Positions 8,926-15,626 are shown, counted from the stretch's first letter. The stretch is DNA of 34,733 nt from a virus (IMGVR_UViG_3300010362_000060:1-34733), one strand, 5' to 3'. Notes: generated by a model not told the origin, from the sequence alone. A program made the numbers and translations.

Positions 8926-9164
8926 GACACCACCTGCCGACAGTGGCTGCACGTGGTCACCCGATCGACGCTGACCAGCTCGTTGGTGTGCGACATGAGC
9001 CAGAACGGCAGCAGCAGCCCCCCGCTGAGGATGGTCAGCATCAGCCACCCGAAGCCGAACTTGCTATGGCGGCGGACGTAGATCGGCGTCGTCACGACAT
9101 AGCGCGGCGCGCACATCCCGCACGCCGGGCACGGCGGGAACACCGGCGCGGGAAGCCCGGTCAT
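8922..9164 (-). CDS. Membrane-associated zinc-ribbon protein (LITAF-like architecture)
   Basis: CPAC - hydrophobic FGFGWLMLTILSGGLLLPFWLM - CSHC; SD GGAGG. Confidence 0.7.
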   Translation of the reverse strand: MTGLPAPVFPPCPACGMCAPRYVVTTPIYVRRHSKFGFGWLMLTILSGGLLLPFWLMSHTNELVSVDRVTTCSHCRQVVS

Positions 9165-9334
9165 GACTCCTCCCGGTGCAAGGTGACCGGAGGCCCCCAC
9201 ACCACGGAGCGGTTGGCCTCCGGGCGGGTGGCCGCGGTCATCATCTGCTCTTCGCCGTAGCGGTTGACGTACCGCTCGACCATCAGCTGGGTTCCGTCGG
9301 GGAAGGTCCCGACGTAAACGATGCGATCGGACAT
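9161..9334 (-). CDS. Hypothetical protein (MSDRIVYVGTF..., 57 aa)
   Basis: SD GAAAGGAA. Confidence 0.75.
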   Translation of the reverse strand: MSDRIVYVGTFPDGTQLMVERYVNRYGEEQMMTAATRPEANRSVVWGPPVTLHREES

Positions 9335-9368
9335 GATGTTTCCTTTCCGTTGCCCGCCGGGTTGGCGG

Positions 9369-9446
9369 GAGTGGACCGGCGGGGAATCGAACCCCGCGCC
9401 AGGAGGAACAGACCAATGAAGTTCCTGGCCCCACCGAGGGCGGCCC
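9369..9446 (-). ncRNA. tRNA-like cloverleaf RNA with an arm antisense to the early-gene start motif
   Basis: GGGCCG/CGGUCC acceptor stem, CCCU-CGGU-GGGG arm, CCAGGA/UCCUGG arm enclosing ACUUCAUUGGUCUGUUCC, GCGGGG-UUCGAUU-CCCCGC T-arm, 3' ACUC. Confidence 0.7.
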
Positions 9447-9463
9447 GTATACGTGCCCAAATG

Positions 9464-9640
9464 CGTCCCACTGATCTGCCGGGGAGCTTTCCCCGCTCCC
9501 GCGGCCGGGGACGAAATCTCGTCCCACTGATCTGCCTACGGCCTGAGCCGTAGCCCCGGGTGGCCCGGGGTCGTCCCACTGATCTGCCGGGCTCCCCAGC
9601 CGGAGCCCGGGGAGGCCATTTCTCGTCCCACTGATCTGCC
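9464..9640. repeat. Four direct repeats of CGTCCCACTGATCTGCC at 52-56-nt period with hairpin-forming spacers
   Basis: Copies start at 9464, 9520, 9572 and 9624; related copies near 12236 and at 13122-13150. Confidence 0.9.
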
Positions 9641-9762
9641 GGGGCCCTCAGCCAGCCTGAGCCCGGCCGGGGAGCCCCGGTCGCCTCCTGCCAGCTCTCA
9701 GCCAGCCAGCCGGGGCCATGAGCCCCGGCCCCGTCCCGTCCTGTGGTGGCCTGGTGGCCTGC

Positions 9763-10059
9763 TCAGTCGGGTCCGTCGTCCTCCCCGAGCCACTCCAGGA
9801 ATCGGCGTGCTCGCCGCTCCCGGGCCGCCCGCTGGTCGGGCTCGTCAGCCGCCGATGCGGCATCCTCGCCCGCTGGTCTGGCCCCACCACCTGATTTCGA
9901 GGTGAGTTGACCTGATCCGGGGCAGACCTCGGTGACCGCTGTCATCCACGGAGAAACCGCGCAGTAGCGACAGATGACATCGTCCCCGTCGCCGACCCAC
10001 GTGTGCGAGTCCGCCCCAGCCGGGTTCTCCGATTGACGCTGGGCGTCTGGGTTGGTCAT
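9763..10059 (-). CDS. Hypothetical protein (H..CxxC..C motif)
   Basis: SD AGAAAGGAA; 98 aa. Confidence 0.7.
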   Translation of the reverse strand: MTNPDAQRQSENPAGADSHTWVGDGDDVICRYCAVSPWMTAVTEVCPGSGQLTSKSGGGARPAGEDAASAADEPDQRAARERRARRFLEWLGEDDGPD

Positions 10060-10125
10060 GGTTTCCTTTCTGTCCCGGGTTCCTGGGCCCGGGATCGTGG
10101 GCGGGGCCGTTGCCCCGCCCGGGTG

Positions 10126-10212
10126 CTACCGCACCAAGGCGACGACGAGCATCAGCCCCAGCGCCCCGATGAGCGCCAGGCGCAGCACCCGCAGCCGTTC
10201 GTGTGGCGTCAT
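10126..10212 (-). CDS. 28-aa single-TM microprotein (MTPHERLRVLRLALIGALGLMLVVALVR)
   Basis: ATGA overlap, GGGAG upstream; not in the ORF track. Confidence 0.55.
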   Translation of the reverse strand: MTPHERLRVLRLALIGALGLMLVVALVR

Positions 10213-10409
10213 TGGCGCGACTCCCTTGCCGCCGCAGCGGCCCGGGAGACGCGGACTTCGAGCCGCTGGATCACGCCCAGCAGCTCCTCGGCGTCCGTGA
10301 CGAGGCGCATGACCTCGTTGCGGACGGCGGTCACCCGCGCCTGGAGCAGCTGGGCTGCGGCGTCGACGCGGGCCAGGATCTGGTCGTCGGTCATGTTGGC
10401 TTGGCTCAT
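10209..10409 (-). CDS. Small coiled-coil protein
   Basis: Start motif GAAAGGAAACAGACCATG; heptad pattern. Confidence 0.75.
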   Translation of the reverse strand: MSQANMTDDQILARVDAAAQLLQARVTAVRNEVMRLVTDAEELLGVIQRLEVRVSRAAAAARESRQ

Positions 10410-10440
10410 GGTCTGTTTCCTTTCGTCCCCCGGGATGGGG

Positions 10441-10474
10441 GAGTGCCCGGGCGAGGGGCGAACCTCGCCCGGGC
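10441..10474 (-). other. 12-bp minihelix element (UUCGCC loop, 3' ACUC)
   Basis: GCCCGGGCGAGG-TTCGCC-CCTCGCCCGGGC-ACTC. Confidence 0.85.
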
Positions 10475-10479
10475 CGTGT

Positions 10480-10746
10480 TCACCCGCGGGTGAACATGAT
10501 CCGGTGGCCGTCTGACATCTCGACGGTCACCTTCCGCACGGTGCGCCCGCGCTGGTCGGTCGCGGTGAACAACGACCCGATCGAGCGATCCTGGCGGTAG
10601 TCGTCCACCTGGTCCACCGAGCGATGCGCCCATTCCAGGTACTCCTGGCGGCGCAGCCGGATGTTCGGCCGTACCGGGACGGCCCGCTTGGTCTTGACCT
10701 TGCGCTTGACCGAGTTGCCCTGCCGGTCACGCCGCGTGCTGGGCAT
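10480..10746 (-). CDS. Basic hypothetical protein (88 aa)
   Basis: ORF ends just before a minihelix element; Lys/Arg-rich N-terminus. Confidence 0.65.
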   Translation of the reverse strand: MPSTRRDRQGNSVKRKVKTKRAVPVRPNIRLRRQEYLEWAHRSVDQVDDYRQDRSIGSLFTATDQRGRTVRKVTVEMSDGHRIMFTRG

Positions 10747-10996
10747 GATCGTCGTGGACCACGGTCACCCGGCATTCGTTGCCGTTGGCCATCGGGAAGG
10801 TGTAGGTGCCGGGGGCGTCGTGTTCGGCGATCAGCATGAACGCCGCCACGTGCGGCGGATGTGGCCCGCCGCCCGCGATCACGACCCGCCCGATCACGCA
10901 CGTGACGTCGAAGCCGGGCATCGTGTCCAGCTCGTCCTCACGCCACGGGCGCTTCACGCCCTTGCCGTTGGTGGTGCGGGGATTGGTGGTGGTCAT
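10727..10996 (-). CDS. Hypothetical protein (89 aa)
   Basis: Start motif GAGGAACCAGACCAATG. Confidence 0.75.
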   Translation of the reverse strand: MTTTNPRTTNGKGVKRPWREDELDTMPGFDVTCVIGRVVIAGGGPHPPHVAAFMLIAEHDAPGTYTFPMANGNECRVTVVHDDHAQHAA

Positions 10997-11030
10997 TGGT
11001 CTGGTTCCTCTCTTCCCCCCACCGTGGGGG

Positions 11031-11064
11031 GAGCGGACGGGGAGCTGGCGAAAGCTCCCCGTCC
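11031..11064 (-). other. 12-bp minihelix element
   Basis: GGACGGGGAGCT-TTCGCC-AGCTCCCCGTCC-GCTC. Confidence 0.85.
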
Positions 11065-11066
11065 CT

Positions 11067-11387
11067 TCAGTCCTCGTGGACGACGGGCAGGCACTCGTCG
11101 ATCGAACGCTCGACGAGCTGCTCCGCCGCCAACACGATCACGCTGGGATTGGCCTCGGGGTCGAGGCTCAACGCGGCGATTTCGAGCTCGATCCATCGCA
11201 TCCCCAACGCGCCCGCGATCCGCTCCAGGGCCCGATGGCTGGGCATCTTGACCCCGTTCTCGATCTCGGACACGTACGGGTACGACAGGTCGGCGTGGTG
11301 GGCCAGTTCCCGTCGACCCATGCGCAACTCGGCGCGCCGGATCGCGATCGCCCGGCCCAGCCGGTCGCTGAAGGTGAGCCCCGTCAT
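11067..11387 (-). CDS. XRE-family HTH transcriptional regulator
   Basis: LGRAIAIRRAELRMGRRELAHHADLSYPYVSEIENGVKMPSHRALERIAGAL is a typical HTH_3 pattern. Confidence 0.88.
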   Translation of the reverse strand: MTGLTFSDRLGRAIAIRRAELRMGRRELAHHADLSYPYVSEIENGVKMPSHRALERIAGALGMRWIELEIAALSLDPEANPSVIVLAAEQLVERSIDECLPVVHED

Positions 11388-11674
11388 GGCAGCTGTTCCA
11401 GCTGGGCCACGCAGCGCTCGCAGTCGCACATCATGTCCCCGATCAACTCGTCGTCCGGGTTGACCAGGGTCACCTGGTACTTGGGCTTCTCGATGGCGTA
11501 CCCCGTGCCGGGGTCCCACCACGCGACGCCTCCGCTCACGCCGAGCCGGTTGTACATGATCCCGCACAGGGTGACGTGGCCGTCGACCAGGTCGACGTCC
11601 ATCACGGTGTCCTCGAGGATCCGGTTCCCGGACTTCAGCACGAAGCGCACCTGGGTGCCGTGCTTCACTCGCAT
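11384..11674 (-). CDS. Hypothetical protein ending in CDCERC
   Basis: Start motif GAAAGGAAACAGACCAATG. Confidence 0.78.
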   Translation of the reverse strand: MRVKHGTQVRFVLKSGNRILEDTVMDVDLVDGHVTLCGIMYNRLGVSGGVAWWDPGTGYAIEKPKYQVTLVNPDDELIGDMMCDCERCVAQLEQLP

Positions 11675-11706
11675 TGGTCTGTTTCCTTTCTCCCCCCTGG
11701 CGGGGG

Positions 11707-11740
11707 GCGTGGACCGGAGCGCGGCGAAACGCTCCGGCCC
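11707..11740 (-). other. 12-bp minihelix element
   Basis: GGGCCGGAGCGT-TTCGCC-GCGCTCCGGTCC-ACGC (two G-U pairs). Confidence 0.85.
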
Positions 11741-11747
11741 CAGGGGA

Positions 11748-12209
11748 CTAGTTGTCCCGGCGCACCGCGACGAGGGCCATCTCGTCGCCGAGGGCCTCGT
11801 AGCAGCGGCAGGCCCAGCGGTCGCGGAATCCCCGCACGTAGCCCTCACGGGTGTCGGGGATCGGCGGCCACCAGTCCTCCTCGGCCATCCACTTGATCGC
11901 CTGGGCGAACGTGAGCGTGGTGGCGTCGGCGCGGCTGGACCCGAGGCGATACGCGATGTACCACTCGTAGTCCAGCTTGACCAGGTCGTGGCAGGTGTCG
12001 TCGCCGAGGAACTCGTTGACGTGCTCGTCGCACACCGTCATCACGTGATCCTGGCCGTCGGCCGGGCACGAGTGGATGATGCGCGCCGTGGCCACGGTCT
12101 TGCACTCGTAGCGGTCGGGCGGTCCGAACTCGGCGCAGCCGGGATCCGGATAGCCCTCCCACACGTAGTCGCACAACGGCATTGCCACGCTGGGCAGATT
12201 GTGGGTCAT
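11748..12209 (-). CDS. Cys-rich hypothetical protein (153 aa)
   Basis: Start motif GAAAGGAACCAGACCATG. Confidence 0.78.
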   Translation of the reverse strand: MTHNLPSVAMPLCDYVWEGYPDPGCAEFGPPDRYECKTVATARIIHSCPADGQDHVMTVCDEHVNEFLGDDTCHDLVKLDYEWYIAYRLGSSRADATTLTFAQAIKWMAEEDWWPPIPDTREGYVRGFRDRWACRCYEALGDEMALVAVRRDN

Positions 12210-12255
12210 GGTCTGGTTCCTTTCCTGAAAGCCCCCCGACTGATCTGCCGGGGGG

Positions 12256-12289
12256 CAGCGCCCGGCCAGGAGGCGAATCCTGACCGGGC
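12256..12289 (-). other. 12-bp minihelix element
   Basis: GCCCGGTCAGGA-TTCGCC-TCCTGGCCGGGC-GCTG. Confidence 0.85.
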
Positions 12290-12324
12290 CGTGGCTCGCG
12301 ATGGACCAGCCAGCCAGCCGGGCC

Positions 12325-12522
12325 TCAGCCCTGGGGGGCCTCGGCCATCTCGTAGCTCCTCATCCGGGTCCAGTAGCGGTCGCCGTCCCGACCCTGGAGC
12401 ATGAACGCCCCGTCGTCGCTGACGACCACCACCCGGCGACCCAGGACGTAGATCGCCCGTATGCCCTGGAAGGTGTCCGGGGCCGCGGCGAGTGCCGCTG
12501 CGGCGGTCTCGTAGTGGTCCAT
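12325..12522 (-). CDS. Hypothetical protein (65 aa)
   Basis: Start motif GAAAGGAAACAGACCAATG. Confidence 0.75.
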   Translation of the reverse strand: MDHYETAAAALAAAPDTFQGIRAIYVLGRRVVVVSDDGAFMLQGRDGDRYWTRMRSYEMAEAPQG

Positions 12523-12558
12523 TGGTCTGTTTCCTTTCTCCCTGGTCACGGTGACCAG

Positions 12559-12593
12559 GAGCGCCCGGACGGGGGGGCGAACCCCATCCGGGC
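12559..12593 (-). other. 12-bp minihelix element
   Basis: GCCCGGATGGGG-TTCGCCC-CCCCGTCCGGGC-GCTC. Confidence 0.85.
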
Positions 12594-12600
12594 CGTGCGG

Positions 12601-13038
12601 TCAAACGACCGGATACGGGCGCACGCGGCGGTACTCCGCCCCGGTGACGATCTCGTAGTCGTCGCCCTCGGGGCGCAGCTGCATCACGCAGTCCGGGGCG
12701 TCGTTGAGGCACCGGACCTCCCACCACCCGAAGTCCCCCTCGCCGGGGGCCTGGATGGCGTACATGAACCCGTCCTCCGCACCGTGGAAGTGCCAGGCGT
12801 CGTCGCCCACCCGATACGCCACCCAGTCCGCTCCGCCCCAGTGGCGAGCGGCGAAGGCGACCGTGGGAGGCGTGTCGTGGCACACCGCCCACCGCCGCCA
12901 CCGGCTGACGTAGACGGGGTCCTGCCGGGCGCGTGCCGTTTGGCGGGCCTGGGGCAGGGTGTCGTCCAGAGGAGCGAGGTCGAAGCACATGCGGCTCAGC
13001 TGGCGCTCGATCGCGTCCTTGCCGTAGCTGTCGGTCAT
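12601..13038 (-). CDS. Hypothetical protein (145 aa)
   Basis: Start motif GAAAGGAAACAGACCAATG. Confidence 0.78.
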   Translation of the reverse strand: MTDSYGKDAIERQLSRMCFDLAPLDDTLPQARQTARARQDPVYVSRWRRWAVCHDTPPTVAFAARHWGGADWVAYRVGDDAWHFHGAEDGFMYAIQAPGEGDFGWWEVRCLNDAPDCVMQLRPEGDDYEIVTGAEYRRVRPYPVV

Positions 13039-13074
13039 TGGTCTGTTTCCTTTCCCCGTCCCCGTTCGGGGGCG

Positions 13075-13108
13075 GAGCGCCCACACGCAGTTCGACCTGC
13101 GAATGGGC
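13075..13108 (-). other. 12-bp minihelix element (variant loop)
   Basis: GCCCATTCGCAG-GTCGAA-CTGCGTGTGGGC-GCTC (one mismatch, one G-U). Confidence 0.75.
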
Positions 13109-13260
13109 CGGACCATTTCTGGTCCCACTGATCTCCCCCACTGATCTGCCGGGGGGCGGCGGGGGGGCTGGCGGCCCGCATCACGTGTGCGTGGCCGGAG
13201 CCAGCCAGCCAGCCAGCCCAGCCCTAGCCCCCAGCCCCCTCCCGTCCGTCTCCGTCCGTC

Positions 13261-13406
13261 CGGGGGTCAGGGGCCCCCCGTGCGGGGTCGTGCCCCCCGG
13301 TCGGGGGTCACGTGCCCCCCGGTGGGGGTCGGGTGCCCCCCCGGTGGGGGTCGGCCCCCCCGTCCGGGGGTCGGGTGCCCCGTGGTCGGGGTACGCCTGC
13401 CCCCCG
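13261..13406. repeat. About seven tandem ~20-nt G-tract/C-tract hairpin repeats
   Basis: Units like cgggggtcacgtgccccccggt and gggggtcgggtgcccccccggt. Confidence 0.8.
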
Positions 13407-13586
13407 AAGTGGGAGTCGTGGCTGGTCAGGGATCCTTTCGTCGGATCGTGCCTGGTCAGGAGCGTGACCGTGCCCCCGCCCCCCGCCCGACCAGGGATGG
13501 GAACGCTCAGGACGCATGGGCGTTGCTCAGCGGACGTCCGGCGGGAGCCCTCCACAGAGGAGGACCCCCGGTCCGTACGTGCTACC

Positions 13587-13925
13587 TCAGAGCGGGCTGC
13601 GGCCCACCCGACCGGCCCACGGCCGTGCCGTTCGCTTCGGCTGCCGGGGGAATGGTCGGGCCTGGCTGCCCCTAATGGGGCGAGGGGCCTGGCGTCCAGC
13701 CGGATCTTTGTCCCGTCCCCTCGGTCCGCCCCTACGGTCGTAAAGGTCGGCGGGGGGCGGGACGGCTGAGGGCCTCCTGAGCAGGCGTGCTGCTAGGGGC
13801 GGTCCGGCGTCGGGAGGGGCGGGGGCGAACGTCCGCTTAGATGCGATTCGCTCCTCCGCCTCACGTCCGTTGCAGATGGTGCACCAGGCCTTGCGGCCCA
13901 GTCCATGAGGACAGTGCTTGCCCAT
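13587..13925 (-). CDS. Hypothetical protein with N-terminal C-H-CxxC motif
   Basis: Start motif GAAGGAACAGACCACCATG; MGKHCPHGLGRKAWCTIC; C-terminal half is low-complexity and uncertain. Confidence 0.6.
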   Translation of the reverse strand: MGKHCPHGLGRKAWCTICNGREAEERIASKRTFAPAPPDAGPPLAARLLRRPSAVPPPADLYDRRGGPRGRDKDPAGRQAPRPIRGSQARPFPRQPKRTARPWAGRVGRSPL

Positions 13926-13958
13926 GGTGGTCTGTTCCTTCCTTCCGCCCGGAGGGCG

Positions 13959-13992
13959 GAGCGCCTGGCCAGGCGGCGAAACCTGGCCAGGC
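13959..13992 (-). other. 12-bp minihelix element
   Basis: GCCTGGCCAGGT-TTCGCC-GCCTGGCCAGGC-GCTC. Confidence 0.85.
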
Positions 13993-13998
13993 CATCTA

Positions 13999-14349
13999 TC
14001 AGTAGTCGCAGTCGATGCCGATGACGCGGTAGTGGTAGACGGAGTTCTTCCACTTCAATGGGCCGCACCCGTAGTCCCGCAAGGTCCGCTCGGCCCACCG
14101 GACGCTCCGGTCGCCACCCCAACTAGGGCGGAGCCACCGAGGAGCGTCCAAACGGCCGATGACCAGGTCCAATCGCTGCGGGGGATCGACGTTCACTCGT
14201 TCACACGTCAGGTGCACTCGAACGATGGACTGCCTCGGTACGAGGTCGTAACATGGTCCGAAGCGTGCACCCTCAGCGTGATCGACTGTTCCGGCGATCG
14301 CGGCGACGGTCGCCCCAAGGGCGAACGCCAGGCGTCGGGTCATCTTCAT
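13999..14349 (-). CDS. Predicted secreted protein (116 aa)
   Basis: MKMTRRLAFALGATVAAIAGTVDHAEG signal-like N-terminus; start motif GGGAACAGACCAATG. Confidence 0.75.
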   Translation of the reverse strand: MKMTRRLAFALGATVAAIAGTVDHAEGARFGPCYDLVPRQSIVRVHLTCERVNVDPPQRLDLVIGRLDAPRWLRPSWGGDRSVRWAERTLRDYGCGPLKWKNSVYHYRVIGIDCDY

Positions 14350-14382
14350 TGGTCTGTTCCCTTCTTCCGTCCCGGCGGGACG

Positions 14383-14416
14383 GAGTGCCCGGATGAGCGG
14401 CGAAACTCATCCGGGC
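14383..14416 (-). other. 12-bp minihelix element
   Basis: GCCCGGATGAGT-TTCGCC-GCTCATCCGGGC-ACTC. Confidence 0.85.
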
Positions 14417-14427
14417 CATTGTTCCGG

Positions 14428-14826
14428 TCAGTACGGCAGGTTGTCCGCCCATCCAACGTGATACGGGCACACGTTGTGCCCCTCGATCACGCAGGTAGCG
14501 GTCCGCTGGCAGCGTCCCCCATAGTTGGGATTGGCGGCCTCGCACTGTCCCTGAGCAGGGGCGACGTCGATATGGTCGACGTACTCGTCCTTCTCAGGGA
14601 GGTTGACGGTCATCCGCAGGTTCGCCAGATTCACGGCGAACTCCATGAAGACGACGCGCTTCACGTCATCTGTCGTGTCGTTCCAAACCTGGCTCCAGGT
14701 AGCCCATGCGTCGTCCGTGGGACTGTCGTTCCACGACTCGGTGAGCATGAGCTTCGCCGCCCGATAGGCCGCGTGGCGGAGGTCATCCTCTGCATGGCGT
14801 CGGGCGAGCTGGTCTGCTGCGTACAT
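14428..14826 (-). CDS. Hypothetical protein with C-terminal Cys/His cluster (132 aa)
   Basis: Start motif GAAAGGGAACAGACCAATG; C..C..C..CPYH. Confidence 0.78.
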   Translation of the reverse strand: MYAADQLARRHAEDDLRHAAYRAAKLMLTESWNDSPTDDAWATWSQVWNDTTDDVKRVVFMEFAVNLANLRMTVNLPEKDEYVDHIDVAPAQGQCEAANPNYGGRCQRTATCVIEGHNVCPYHVGWADNLPY

Positions 14827-14865
14827 TGGTCTGTTCCCTTTCCCCCACCGTTCCCTGACGGTGGG

Positions 14866-14898
14866 TAGTCCCGCCCCCCCCGGATTGGGGAGGGCGGG
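14866..14898 (-). other. 12-bp minihelix element (variant loop)
   Basis: CCCGCCCTCCCC-AATCC-GGGGGGGGCGGG-ACTA. Confidence 0.65.
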
Positions 14899-14924
14899 GG
14901 GCCGCAACTAGCGGCCGATGGCGA

Positions 14925-15626
14925 TCAAGCCGCGGGCTCCGTCACCGGTCCCTCGGCCGCAGCTGAGGGCTCCTCAGCAGGGGCGGGGACCGGCGGCTCC
15001 GGGGCCGTATCCGGCTTGATCTTGGGCTCCGTGGACGACCGGATCTTTCCGGTCGAGGCGGGGGCCGTGGCCGTCCCGGCGGTCGCCTTCCGGCTCCGCT
15101 TGGGCTTCTCATCCGCCCCATTCGAGGCGGACTTCTTCTTGGTATCCGGCGCTGCCGCCGCGGCCAGGGCCTTCTCCACCTTCTTCTGCTGGGCAGCCGT
15201 CAGGTTGACACCTGCCGCATTGATGGTGGTGATTGCCGCCGCCACCTGATCGGTGAGGCTCTTCGCCGCCGTCCCCTTCCGCACGAATGCGGGCTTGGAG
15301 ACGGCCCCCGTCCGCGCCGAATGGGCCCGGACGGCGATCGCGATGAGTTCCGGATGCTGGACGTGGAGGGCGAAGCTCGCCTCCTTCTTCGACGGACGCG
15401 GCGTCAGCTGCATGACGTCGAACACCAGCTCCTGCACCTTCTCGTTCTCGTGGTTGGTGTAGGTCCCGGACGGGTAGCGGAGATCCGGCTGACCCGGATC
15501 CTTCCCTTCCCCATACTGGGCGACGAAGGACTGCCGCGTGAGGCGACCGTTCTTCTTCTCCCATTCCTTGACGAACTCAACGACGTGAGCTGGCGCGGAA
15601 GTAGCGATACCATTGAACTTGGCCAT
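14925..15626 (-). CDS. First early gene; Lys/Ala/Pro-rich C-terminal tail (233 aa)
   Basis: SD GAAAGGAAACATCATG; MAKFNGIATSAP... Confidence 0.8.
   Translation of the reverse strand: MAKFNGIATSAPAHVVEFVKEWEKKNGRLTRQSFVAQYGEGKDPGQPDLRYPSGTYTNHENEKVQELVFDVMQLTPRPSKKEASFALHVQHPELIAIAVRAHSARTGAVSKPAFVRKGTAAKSLTDQVAAAITTINAAGVNLTAAQQKKVEKALAAAAAPDTKKKSASNGADEKPKRSRKATAGTATAPASTGKIRSSTEPKIKPDTAPEPPVPAPAEEPSAAAEGPVTEPAA

Noticed and set aside
9369-9446. Canonical tRNA gene or tmRNA/attP fragment
   Set aside because: The T-arm is canonical, but there is no 7-nt anticodon loop, the D-arm is abnormal, the acceptor stem is 6 bp, and no tag ORF or integrase is nearby
9416-9553. Plus-strand ORF MKFLAPPRAARIRAQ... 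with a strong SD
   Set aside because: It is isolated against the operon direction and runs through the repeat array. The SD+ATG is better explained as the complement of the antisense arm, though translation cannot be fully excluded
9464-9640. CRISPR array
   Set aside because: The repeat is only 17 nt and not palindromic, the spacers are self-structured, there are no cas genes in the window, and the motif recurs singly elsewhere
3253-12404. Long plus-strand ORFs (3253-4800, 5159-6442, 10806-12404)
   Set aside because: These are antisense shadows of well-supported, translationally coupled minus-strand genes
10441-14898. Intrinsic terminators or integron attC sites
   Set aside because: There are no U-tracts after the stems, no RYYYAAC/GTTRRRY ends and no integron integrase. 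Fixed 12-bp length and a conserved loop fit neither
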